Shown piece after piece: positions 1 through 10,558 of a stretch of 27,352 bases of DNA (positions are counted from its first letter, which is position 1; each line of letters begins with the position of its first letter). This DNA comes from Tubiluchus corallicola. Taxonomy: Eukaryota > Animalia > Priapulida. The translations under genes were made by a program, and so were the position numbers. The notes below the pieces were generated by a model. That model was not told the DNA's origin and did not search any database. It was given only the letters and a program-made list of their open reading frames with translations. The stretch covers positions 1 through 27,352 of the forward strand of contig JAQGDQ010000649.1 in NCBI GenBank assembly GCA_030141605.1. Direction: 5' to 3'.

Positions 1-1559
1 TATTAAATGTGTCATCTTAAAACGAAAACTACTCGCTACACACTTGTATTACACGTATGCAGTTTCATATAAATGGATTTAAATGCACAATATAGAAAAT
101 TCAAATTTAAATATAATTTTTTTCTTGCTTATTAAATGTCTTAAGGCAGGGGAATAAACACAACAAACAAACGATTGATAAACGTTAAATTTTGAAATAC
201 ATCCTAAACTGCCGTATTAAATAATTTAGATAGACTAAATCTAAAATTTAAAAATTGATAAAAAATTTCCTTAGATCATGCTACTACTAAGTGAAGCTTT
301 GTAGTTAAAATAAATAAATAAATAAATATCAAAAATATATAAAATATCGCTGCTACGCAACTTTCACACTAATCCCAAGACAGACAGCAACAGGACTGGA
401 AACTATTTGTCCTGGATCCAAAGATTTGCCATCCCCTGATATGAGACTTCTAACATATTACACTAATAAATGCAAAAGTCGTTTCAGACAGTGATTACAA
501 TTCTGCATCCTGTCTCCTAGATTATGATTCATATGTTGTACCGAGTTTCTGAATTTTTGTGGCCGAGCTGTTGCGTGTGTCATGTCAGCGAAAATGCGCT
601 GTCACAGTGAGCACTTTCTATAATTAGCAATAATTCTGCCAAAAAATCACAAGCTATAATTTTCCACCATTTTTCTGGTTGCTTGACAATATATTTCATT
701 CCAGTCATGCACGCACAGTAATTAGTACATACCATAGATCATGGCCGTGTCGAGAGATCCGTGAATGTCCATTATGCCTTTAATAATTATAATTAAATGT
801 GACGAAATTGAGAATTGATAATTTGGATGGAATGATAGTTGTAAAAATGTCGCATTAGGCGAATTAAGATAATAAACACTCTCTTTCCAGGCAGTCTTCA
901 TCAGCACAGACGCAACAGACAGATAATTTTCTAATTAATGTTATAAAAATGTCGCAGCGATGGTCGTGTCAAACGTGTAATCAATTAGTGATGTGAAATT
1001 CTAAGATTTCTTAGTAATCAATTTCTGAATCACGCTGGTGGGCGTGGCTGAATGCTCACCGGACGCCGTGACATGAATTTTAATGTTTTTTGACAACTTT
1101 TCAAATTCACCTCTACCGGTTGTTATACTAAATTAGATGATTATAAAAATGTGATGATCTTTATCTTCAATGACCCGCACGGAGACTGAGCAGGTTGTAA
1201 TAATGTGGGTTAACTCATTGCATAATCTGCAAAATCTGTTAAAAGCACGTGTTATTAAACACTTGAATTTTGACACTTATTAACACACTATATCAAACTG
1301 GTAAAAGTCGTAATTTGAAGAATTAAGAACATGAACTAAGACGATAATCAAAAACCGAATGCACGTAATTTGTAATAATTTATAAACGACAAATAAGTTA
1401 TCGTTAAACACGCAGTTTTGTCATCAATCAGCAACTCTAACCGTTGTACTGAAATCACATTTTGTCATAACTTATCAATGTTCGAATATAATGAAAGTTA
1501 CTTGAAATGCACTAATGAAAATGAATTTCATTAGGTGTATCGTATTAAACTTACTCAAC

Positions 1560-2207
1560 TCGGCAGTATTAGGGGTGGATAACATGTATAGAGTTCTAGA
1601 AAAGTTATTGAACATTGGTAGATTCGGCAGTATTAGAGATGGATAGCATGTACAGATCTTTAGAAAAGTTATTGAACATTGATAGATTCGGCAGTATTAA
1701 GGATGGATAACATGTATAGATCTTTAGAAAAGTTATTGAACATTGATAGATTCGGTAGTATTAGGGATGGATAACATGTATAGATCTTTAGAAAAGTTAT
1801 TGAACATTGATAGATTCGGTAGTATTAAGGATGGATAACATGTATAGATCTTTAGAAAAGTTATTGAACATTGATAGATTCGGTAGTATTAGGGATGGTT
1901 AACATGTATAGATCTTTAGAAAAGTTATTGAACATTGATAGATTCGGTAGTATTAAGGATGGATAACATGTATAGATCTTTAGAAAAGTTATTGAACATT
2001 GATAGATTCGTCAGTATTAGGCGTGGATAACATGTATAGATCTCTAGAAAAGTTATTGAACATTGATAGATTCGTCAGTATTAGGGATGGATAACATGCA
2101 TAGATCTTCAGAAAAGTTATTGAACATTGATAGACTCTTCAGTAGTATTAGGGATGGCTAACATGCATAGATCTTTAGAAAAGTTATTGAACATTGATAC
2201 ATTCGTC
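1560..2207 (+). repeat. Minisatellite, 64-bp unit, ~10 copies
   Basis: Unit TCGG(C/T)AGTATTAGGGATGGATAACATGTATAGATCTTTAGAAAAGTTATTGAACATTGATAGAT, with starts at 1560, 1624, 1688 ... 2072. Confidence 0.96.
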
Positions 2208-2680
2208 TCGGGTATTCCGTTGATGACTAATATTACGATTTTCTTGGCAATAATGAATTTAAATTTTACTAATTAGCTACGTATTTTGCCCGCCTTACAA
2301 GTTACTGATTTGGTTATTATTAATACTTCAGATTATGTCGATGCTTTATGTGGCTGTTTTCGCTCTTTTCTTGGCAATTTTGCACAGACGCTCCCCAAAA
2401 AATAGTTTTGGAATTGTTTGAGCATGCAGGTGAAAAATATACACACGCTGTCAGAAAGGAAAGGCCCGCCGTACAAGGAAACCTGCACTGATCAAACGGC
2501 AACGGTGTAACGGCATTCCAATTTTTTATTACTCAGTGAGAAAGAAAATACTGCCTAAGAAAATAAAGTTACGATAGGCACCTCCCCCGATTTTGTTGCG
2601 ATAACCAGTATTTTGTGTATCAACAAGGCACTATGTGGGTGTCTGCGCATTATTGATCTTTTTTGAACAGATCTAACTGG

Positions 2681-2698
2681 ATGTGTCTATTTACAGAG
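2681..2698 (+). CDS. Candidate first coding segment of tetraspanin copy 1 (MCLFTE); mirror at 24655-24672 (-)
   Basis: ATG at 2681 with an in-frame TGA upstream at 2654. A consensus donor AG|GTAAGT at 2698/2699 is in phase 0 with the 4032 exon. The surroundings are locally CpG-richer. There is no homology support. Confidence 0.35.
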
Positions 2699-3404
2699 GT
2701 AAGTTTCAAAACAACTACGATTTTGTGCAAAATGCGTCGCGGAGCGCTGGTTAATTTGTTAATAATATTGTCACTAGTCAAGCTAGAGGTTTTTGTTGTA
2801 GAGTAGACCAAATTTGTCCATGTTTTAAGTCTTCATCTTTTACTTAAAAATATAACTGGCAATCGTCCGTACTAAACTGCGTACAAAACACGAAATCTGT
2901 TCCATGAACTGCAGTTTTATATCACTGTAAGTAAATATCACTGTTTCATATCACTGTAAGTAAATATCACTGTACCTACTCGACCATCACACTGTAACAC
3001 GAGAATCCTTACAAAATTATAATCCAGTAGTATTTTATACAGAAATATATTAGAAAAATTCAAAACTGGCCACCAATCTTGCTTTATTATCCAAACTTTA
3101 CTCCAGCAGTTCATTAAATCAACCTTTCGCTTTACAACACAATAGAGTTTGATGTGAAATGATTAATCAGCCAACTTACTTTATAAATGTGTTCATATTA
3201 TTACTGTCGTTATTAAAATATCGTGTTTATACCGTTCGTGCTTGTAAGTGTAATCGTACTGATTGTAACTGAATCAAATGTTTTATCAAGTCAAGTGAGA
3301 TAATTATTAGTTGTGGCGTCCATTATTCTTTTATTAGCACTTTGCACTCAGCACTTACACCGTGGAGATACCTGAATCAGATCCAGTCTGTTTTGTAAAT
3401 CAAC

Positions 3405-3695
3405 TATAAATAAATCAAGTTTAAACTAAATGTAGAATAAATGTATAATTAAATCAAGTTTAAATTACATGAAGACTAAATGTATAAATACATCAAGTTT
3501 AAACTAAATGATGACTAAATGTATAAATAAATAAAGTTTAAACTAAATGGAGACCAAACGTATAAATAAATAAAGCTTAAACTAAATGTAGACTAAATGT
3601 ATAAACAAATAAAGTTTAAACTACATGAAGACTAAATGTATAAATAAATAAAGCTTAAACTACATGTAGACTAAATGTATAAACAAAAATAAAGT
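3405..3695 (+). repeat. Minisatellite, 39-bp AT-rich unit, ~7.5 copies
   Basis: Unit approximately TATAAATAAATCAAGTTTAAACTAAATGTAGACTAAATG, with starts at 3405, 3444, 3483 ... 3678. Confidence 0.93.
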
Positions 3696-4031
3696 AAACA
3701 TAATGTGGGATTTATTTATAAAAAAGGTGTTGTTTAATTGTTTGCTAATTTCGTAATTTTTGATAGCATTTACTTAATAATTACACTAACCATACTTGAA
3801 CTATAAAGACATAACATCATATTCTCATGTATCCAAATGAAAAATAAATTTCTCTCTTATTCAGACATCATGCATACTTGTCAACATCCGAGCACTGAAA
3901 CTGCATTAGTGTATGTCAATTAATACTTGATGAAAGTGTTCAAAAACATGATTAAATTTATAGTTGTGTGGAGCCATGGTAAAATGTGATTGAAAAATTC
4001 ACGGTCCTATAAATGAATGACCATATTTTAG

Positions 4032-4220
4032 GTGGGTGGCGGATTCTTCGCCGGAATCGGACTGTACGCCTACGCAGACAAAGGGAAGCCAGTGCGGGAT
4101 GGGATGGATGTTTTATTAGATCCTGCCATTCCCATGATTATGACAGGGTCTATCATGTTCTGCGTGTCATTCTTGGGATGTACAGGAGCACTGAGAGAAA
4201 ATACTGTGCTATTGAAACTG
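4032..4220 (+). CDS. Tetraspanin copy 1 exon (end of TM1, small loop, TM2): [14 protein letters not shown]...[15 protein letters not shown]
   Basis: Acceptor ttttag at 4031 and donor gtaagt at 4221; 189 nt. Confidence 0.93.
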
Positions 4221-7200
4221 GTAAGTATAATAGAGAGACAAAAGGAAAGAAATAAATGAACGAATGAAAAAATCATCGAACAAACGAGCAAATGTTGAAT
4301 GAGTGAATGAAAAAATAAATTGATGAATGAATGAGTGAATAAATATGTGAATATATGATTATAAATGAACGAGTGAACGACCAATGAGTAAATGAATGAA
4401 AACATAAACAGCAAGTAATCACGACAATAAACAGAACGTAAAAAAATTTAAAATAAATTAAATCTAAATGTTTTACAAGAAAAATAAACTAATACATCAG
4501 AAAACGAAAAATAACAATTTTAAAATTAATTACTGAGCAACATGTTTGAGTATATAATGTACGTCGTTTTCTTTTCAGTATGCATACTGTATGATCTTCA
4601 TATTTTTGGCATTCGTGGTCCTGGGAGCTTTAATATTCATTCTATTTTTCTCTGACGTGAGAAACACGAGCCTCACCCCAGAAAACTTGCTCAAAAAAGC
4701 CATCATCAAATACAGAGATGATGAAGACCTACAAGACCTTATAGATGCAATGCAAACCAAAGTAAGTACAATAGTTGTTGTTGTCGCTTCAGTAGTTGAT
4801 GAGTGATGATGGCAACAATCCAGTGATAACGGAAGCTGTCAATCAACATGGTCATGTTGATGATGGCAGCGGCTGGTAGAGGAAAGATGATAACAACGAT
4901 GGTGATGATGGTAATCACAATGATGATTAGATCGGCGATGGTAAGGGTTCAAGTAGTACTCAAAATTTATCTGTACACCATACTAGAATGAGAGTTGGTT
5001 CTTGCCAACTTAATTATGATTTATACCTCAGAAAATGCAAAAATTACGATGGGTCGTTAGTATCACCTAGTTGTCAATGTGGTTCTGCTTATGAAACAGT
5101 TGGTCATTACTTTATTAGCTGCCCTCTTTACGACCAGCCCAAACACGACTTATTTACAAATCTCTGCACTCTTTTCTCAGCTTTTAACATCAATGTTTAC
5201 AGTCTTGCATCAAATGAACTTGTACGTTTGTTCCTGCACGGGAACCATACCCTAGATAATTCTGTGAACACTCAAATTTTTGTTTTAGTGCAGTCTTTTA
5301 TTTCAAACACCAAACGCTTTAAATAGTATTAACTTCGTTATATAGTAATGTTCATATTTATTGGAACATTTTGAAAATAAACTGAATTTGAATTTGAAAC
5401 ATTTTTTGCACATTGCGGTCACCATTGTTCTGCATCTGTCTAGCGTTCGCTGCCACTAGGGGAGAACATGTATCAGTTGTAAAACTGTCTGTTTCAAGCC
5501 TTGTCGTATGTTACATCTTCAATATATTACGTATAAACCAACCCTTCACGTCTTGTACGTTCTGTACGCTTTTAGCTCCTGTTTTTATACGGAAGAGATT
5601 CTGAAATAAAGGTTTAAATTCAATTCTTGCTCTAATTATCATTAATTTCTTTTCCAGTTTCAGTGTTGTGGCGTCAGTCCTAATGGTTTTCGGGACTGGA
5701 ACTTGAATCGATACTTTAACTGCTCTGACAGTAATTTGAGTATTGAAAAATGTGGAGTCCCTTATTCGTGCTGTAGACAAGCAGAGGTACGTACGCTCAA
5801 ATTAGTAGATTTTTATTATCACTGCTCGTAAAATTATCAAAATGTTAAAAAATATGTTGGCCATCTACATTAAGCAAACCAGCCAATGTCTCACATTAGA
5901 TGTTTGTAAATAAATCGTTAAACAGCATTAGATCAACTCATTATTTGGTTTCTTAACTGTTGAACATTACACTAGGTATAATTTGATGGTCATTCCAATT
6001 TGTATCTACAAGATGAAGCATATCAACTTTCTAGTAATAATTTATTTACTTTTGTTCTAGAATCAACTGATCAATATAATGTGCGGCTTTGACACAACTA
6101 ATAAGCTGGTAAGAAAATCTACGATATTTGAGTAGTTCCATTTTTAACGATTCTGTTCATTATTTTAGACGTTTTTGTTTGTGGATGTTTAAGTAGTAAT
6201 TCCTGATTGGTTGGTACCAATATTTATTTAGGTTGGTACCAAAGTTGTATTTCTCATGTTTTCAGGCCGAGTTTTATAATACACACAAGTTTAAAGCTGA
6301 AAACTAGTTATGTAATTACTGTTTGCTATTCTTTATGTAACTAAAATTTATTTAAAATAACAAACTTTTATTTTAAACAATATATTTACAATTATTTATG
6401 TTTATAGTTAGGTAAACAAGCATTTTAAAATAAAAGATTAATTATATCCATAATATGACAATGAGGTTATATCAACTTATGCATCACACTCGCATTTTAT
6501 TGAATTAATTCTCTACAATCTTTTTCAATTCACAACCATGGCTGCCATGTCTACATGTTTAGAAAATAACAGAATAAATAAGTCCAGGCATTTTTGCGTT
6601 ACTATGTTGACGTGTGACTTGGAGTAGGAAACACTAGAACTAGCAATTAAGCTTGCACATAATTTATATTTATAGATTTGCTTTTATAATGTGAGCATTT
6701 GTTGATCTGTAGCATGATTTGTATGATATCATAAACAGTTATATTTTCATATTTTTATTTCAACTTGAAATGAAATATCAATATTTAAGTCAATATTATA
6801 GTAACAATTTTGTTAGTTTCTGATAATTTTATTTTCGTTTTCTTAGTTAAAAATTAGAAAATTTTATGTATAGAATGTATTTTATGTTTTATGTATTAAT
6901 ATGTAATTACAGCACTGCATAATACTAATTTAATACTCGGTTTGGGGTGGCTGATTCGATAACAAATTTTTTTCGCCACCCCTTCCCTTTTGTTTGGCTT
7001 TTTTATTTATACCTATTTTTCTTTGTATTGTTATTGGGATAAAAATAAATGATTTGATTTTGATTTGACATAACTTTGATAAAGCTTGATGAAGGTGAAT
7101 CCTGCCACACTAGGTAACAGTTAAGACTATTGCAGCCTCAGTACAATAATGCGCAAATGTCTCATGTGATGGAGTCAATATACATGTTATATATTAACAG

Positions 7201-8057
7201 GAATTAGAAGTTCGGGATAGGATTTATACCGACGGTTGCTATCCAGTAATCATGCAGTGGATGGAAGCAAACGCTCTTTTGTTTGGTGGCATTGCTTTTG
7301 GAATCATTGTGCCAATGGTAAGCCTTGAATATTATTCAATGTGGCATTTCTCTGTGATTCATAATGCTTTTATTTTCAAAAAACTCCTCTATAGAAGGAA
7401 ATTATAATACTGAAGATATTCCTGATGTAATCATTATCATCGTTGAGTGTGTATGCATGTATACAATGACAAAAAGGAGCGACTATGATAGAATATGACT
7501 TAAATTTCTATCAGTGTCCATCCTCACAGTAGTGGCAAAACAGTCCAGGTATCTTAATCAAGTTATCTTAATTTTACATACTATTAACAAATAATAGTCT
7601 TTCTGTCTTTTATATCATCTCATATATGAGCTTCATTCATTACATCATTCCATTTTAACCACTAATGTTTTTTTTATCATACGATTCATTTTAAATTTTC
7701 AAATTATTTCCATTACTTTTTTTCTTTCACTGTGTGGGACAATCTAACAAGCCCTGTTTTTTGATTGGCGGCAACACAATTACATTTGCATACAGGTGAA
7801 CAGTGTGTGAGGCTTTTCTTGTGCAGAAACAATAAAAACTTATTTGTATTATGTTCATTGTAGACCCTTTGACTAGATATTGTACATGAAACTATTGTAA
7901 ATGTGTAATGTGAAATAAATGACTTATGACTTATGACTAGAATATATCACTCATCAATTTCCATTTTCCCTTTTAGTTGTTAGGTATATTCTTGTCGTTG
8001 AGGTTGGTCACACAGATTGAGGACCAACGAGATCGATGGAAACAGGAAAAGTATTGA
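4032..8057 (+). CDS. Tetraspanin, TspanC8 subfamily (TSPAN5/14/17/33-like), copy 1; spliced join(4032-4220,4579-4761,5658-5786,6061-6108,7201-7317,7977-8057); N-terminal exon uncertain
   Basis: All introns are GT-AG and phase 0, and the spliced frame is open for 248 aa to TGA at 8055-8057. Motifs include [46 protein letters not shown] and IYTDGC. The large extracellular loop has 8 Cys. Confidence 0.95.
4250..4400 (+). repeat. Degenerate (GAAT/AAAT)n intronic microsatellite; mirror at ~22951-23103
   Basis: Runs such as gaatgagtgaatga and atgaatgaatgagtgaat. It contains the 2-nt indel between the arms. Confidence 0.7.
4579..4761 (+). CDS. Tetraspanin copy 1 exon (TM3, start of large loop): [10 protein letters not shown]...[17 protein letters not shown]
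   Basis: Acceptor cttttcag at 4578 and donor gtaagt at 4762; 183 nt. Confidence 0.93.
4792..4942 (+). repeat. Degenerate (GAT/GGT/AAC)n intronic low-complexity tract; mirror at ~22409-22559
   Basis: Stretches such as gatgagtgatgatggc, gatgataacaacgatggtgatgatggt, immediately 5' of the LINE fragment. Confidence 0.55.
4945..5398 (+). mobile_element. 5'-truncated non-LTR retrotransposon (LINE, CR1/L2-group-like) 3' end inside a tetraspanin intron
   Basis: The frame reads ...[20 protein letters not shown]...[23 protein letters not shown]...LHGN...[19 protein letters not shown], resembling the C-terminal CCHC-type region of invertebrate LINE ORF2. It is followed by AATAAA (~5376) and a (TTTGAA)-like repeat tail. 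The clade assignment is from recall only. Confidence 0.75.
5658..5786 (+). CDS. Tetraspanin copy 1 exon: [43 protein letters not shown]
   Basis: Acceptor tttccag at 5657 and donor gtacgt at 5787; CCG and PxSCC motifs; 129 nt. Confidence 0.94.
6061..6108 (+). CDS. Tetraspanin copy 1 short exon: [16 protein letters not shown]
   Basis: Acceptor ttgttctag at 6060 and donor gtaaga at 6109; 48 nt; NxxCG motif of TspanC8. Confidence 0.9.
7201..7317 (+). CDS. Tetraspanin copy 1 exon: [39 protein letters not shown]
   Basis: Acceptor aacag at 7200 and donor gtaagc at 7318; IYxxGC motif and start of TM4; 117 nt. Confidence 0.92.
7977..8057 (+). CDS. Tetraspanin copy 1 last coding exon: [26 protein letters not shown]
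   Basis: Acceptor ttttcccttttag at 7976; end of TM4, a TspanC8-like tail (QIEDQRDRW) and the stop codon. Confidence 0.9.
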   Translation: MLGIFLSLRLVTQIEDQRDRWKQEKY

Positions 8058-8380
8058 ACAAAAGCAGCAGTATTACCAAGCTAGCTAAAAACAGTCATTT
8101 GCATTATGTTGCACAGAGGCGATCACACCACCATGCTAGATGAAGACAGCCACATTTATGTCCGAATTGAGGCAGCCACGTTATCGTGACTAATAGAGAA
8201 CTCACATTATTAACAAACGAAGATAAGTCTAGTTGAGTATTTAAAAGAGGAGGCAATGAAGTAACAATGGTGTCATACATGAGCATATCTGCAACTGCAT
8301 AAAGAAAGAATACACCCACATTTGGCACGGAAAAGAGGGCAGCCTATTGGGAAGTTGATTGGAGGCAGGGATATATCGTA

Positions 8381-8592
8381 ACATTGAATGGAGGCAGCCA
8401 TATTGGGACACTGAATGGAGGCAGCCATATTGGGACACTGAATTGAGGCAGCCATATTGAGACACTGAATGGAGGCAGCCATATTGGGACATTAAATGGA
8501 GGCAGCCATATTGGGACACTGAATGGAGGCAGCCATATTGAGACACTGAATGGAGGCAGCCATATTGGGACATTAAATGGAGGCAGCCATAA
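8381..8592 (+). repeat. Minisatellite, 27-bp unit ACACTGAATGGAGGCAGCCATATTGGG, ~8 copies, ~320 nt downstream of the tetraspanin stop
   Basis: Starts at 8381, 8408 ... 8570, with degenerate related copies at about 8335-8370. Confidence 0.95.
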
Positions 8593-9484
8593 TGGCATAA
8601 TCACATGATTATTATTGAAGTCTTTCATAAATTCACACAGAATAATTAATTTCTTGCTTTAATGGAAATCCATCCAATATGTAGCATTACCAGCATCTGT
8701 GATGATGGCAACGATGCTTCGATACAGTGAGGTGGCAGGATGTTGGTCATTTGGTTACTGTAGTATATAAGAGTATGGCAGTACCTAATGCATTCTCAGC
8801 TGATATGTGGATAACAAAGTGAAGAATCGCAGTTAATTCTCTAAGAAGCTGAACTACTAAGAGTTTCCACTGCTTCGTAGACAGGCTGTTGTAGTAGAAT
8901 TTACGGGAAGACGTGCTGTATTGTGCAAGAATGCATTAAAAAGTTTTAATCTAGATATGTGGCACAAATGGAAATAGAAACAGAAAGTAACTTAATGATA
9001 ATAGGACTAGCCGCTGAGGTAAAATCAAACCTCTAGGAAATTAAACTGAGTGTTCATTATCCAATATACATCCTAGTCATTTTTTTAGTAATTAAAGTTT
9101 TAATATCTGTGATTAAAGAGGTGACGTACTATATAGACTTTGAATAGAGAGCTAGCGGAACTCTTATAACAATTTTAGTTATGTTTATAGAATTCAACGT
9201 ATCCGTTAATTTGAAAAAAGTACAGCAACTTGAGGTTCCTATGGCAAATGTACATCTAACAGGCTCAACAAAACTTTTCATGAACTGTGTTGAACAGTGA
9301 GAAATCTTTCGTGTTTATTATTAGTTATTTCATGTTTACCAAAATGTAAGTTTTCAAAATTAATCAAACTTTATAGATTTCTATATGGACTCCATATAAT
9401 GTTTCGGTACAATTCATTTTCTTTAATCTTGGGCGACTTTAGCAAAAACAGTCGGAGACTCATCACTTTTCTTACTTAGATTGC

Positions 9485-9490
9485 AATAAA
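9485..9490 (+). promoter_or_regulatory. Candidate polyadenylation signal for the tetraspanin
   Basis: First AATAAA I noticed downstream of the stop at 8057. The motif is common in AT-rich DNA, so support is weak. Confidence 0.25.
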
Positions 9491-10370
9491 CACAAATGAA
9501 AAAAACCCAACCAACTACCATGATGTAAATAAGCAGCTGTAACTCTTGGTGTTTTAAGTTAAACAGAAGTTAGAAAGTTAAAAATATCGCTATACCTCCA
9601 TTGTGATATCAATCCTATCTTTCAGGTTTGTAGTTGATGTTACATAAATTGAGAATTTAACACCTAGTCGACTAAAGTTGTTTTAGTTAATAGTGGTTAA
9701 CCATGTGACATAAAACTGCAAAAGTGTAGTAAATTTTTTGTCAAGTTTTATGACTATGTTACTCTTCTTTCATCCGTGACATTTTGTCAACTGAATGAAC
9801 TGATTAGATTAATTCTGTCAGGAAGCAATGACACAAAATATGCATTAAGCGGTTTACTGCCTGACTAAGTTTTTACAGAATTTTGATAAAGCGGGACGAG
9901 CACAGTGCTAATTACTCTAATAATGAATGTCTAGCACAATCATCTACCTTTAACAGCTTGTAAAGCAGCACCTTAGGGAAGAGTTTTCATTTCATAAAGT
10001 TCTACGAGGGGGCACTACAAAACTAAGTGAGATGGCTTACGCAATGTAGTATTTTTATGCACTGGCTAAACATAACATTTACATTTGTGGCTAAGAATCT
10101 TAACAAGAGATTTCCCACTGGTCATCTGGACTGGGTCGCAGACATTCACAAATTTTCTTGCTTGATTTTGGAACATACTCTGCGGTGGCAGTCCCGACTT
10201 CAGTATATTTATTGTGTTACTGATGTCTGTTAGTCGTGCTACAAATTTTGATATCCAATCTCATAATTGTCCTCCTCATTTTAGCATCATCTCATCAAGA
10301 GTCCCTATGATTCATTTGGAGAGATTAGCCAAAATGTATTAGACTTAAAGAGAGTTGGTCTGTAAATAAG

Positions 10371-10558
10371 GACTATAATATCTATCCGCAATCACAGCAT
10401 TGTGGGTTCAGTTCCATAGCTTACAAATGATGCTGCAAAGTGTGCTTTTCTTCTGCCCGTCCAAGACTATAATATCTATCCGCAATCACAGCATTGTGGG
10501 TTCAGTTCCGCAGCTTACAAATGATGCTGCAAAGTGTGGTCTTCTTCTGCCAGTCCAA
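10371..10558 (+). repeat. Tandem duplication of a 94-bp segment (2 copies); mirror at 16793-16980
   Basis: GACTATAATATCTATCCGCAATCACAGCATTGTGGGTTCAGTTCC... occurs at 10371 and 10465 with a few mismatches. Confidence 0.92.

Noticed and set aside
1560-2207. CRISPR-like 64-bp periodicity
   Set aside because: The whole 64-bp unit is repeated and there is no variable spacer portion.
3865-3910. Possible extra tetraspanin exon after the acceptor-like tttctctcttattcag
   Set aside because: The ATG frame (MHTCQHPSTETAL) is out of phase with the 4032 exon at the GTATGT donor, the other frames hit stops, and it does not resemble TM1.
4013-5780. ORFs overlapping tetraspanin exons in other frames or antisense (4013-4255, 4070-4414, 4575-4760, 5511-5780)
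   Set aside because: They are shadows of real exons and of low-complexity intron sequence.
8104-8628. Repetitive ORFs (WLPPFSVPI, SQYGCLHSV, MAASIQCPN, NGGSHIGTL) and their mirrors at 18723-19247
   Set aside because: These are by-products of a 27-bp repeat being open in several frames on both strands. One arm has a stop-creating change at 8444 in the NGGSH frame, and there is no splice or homology support.
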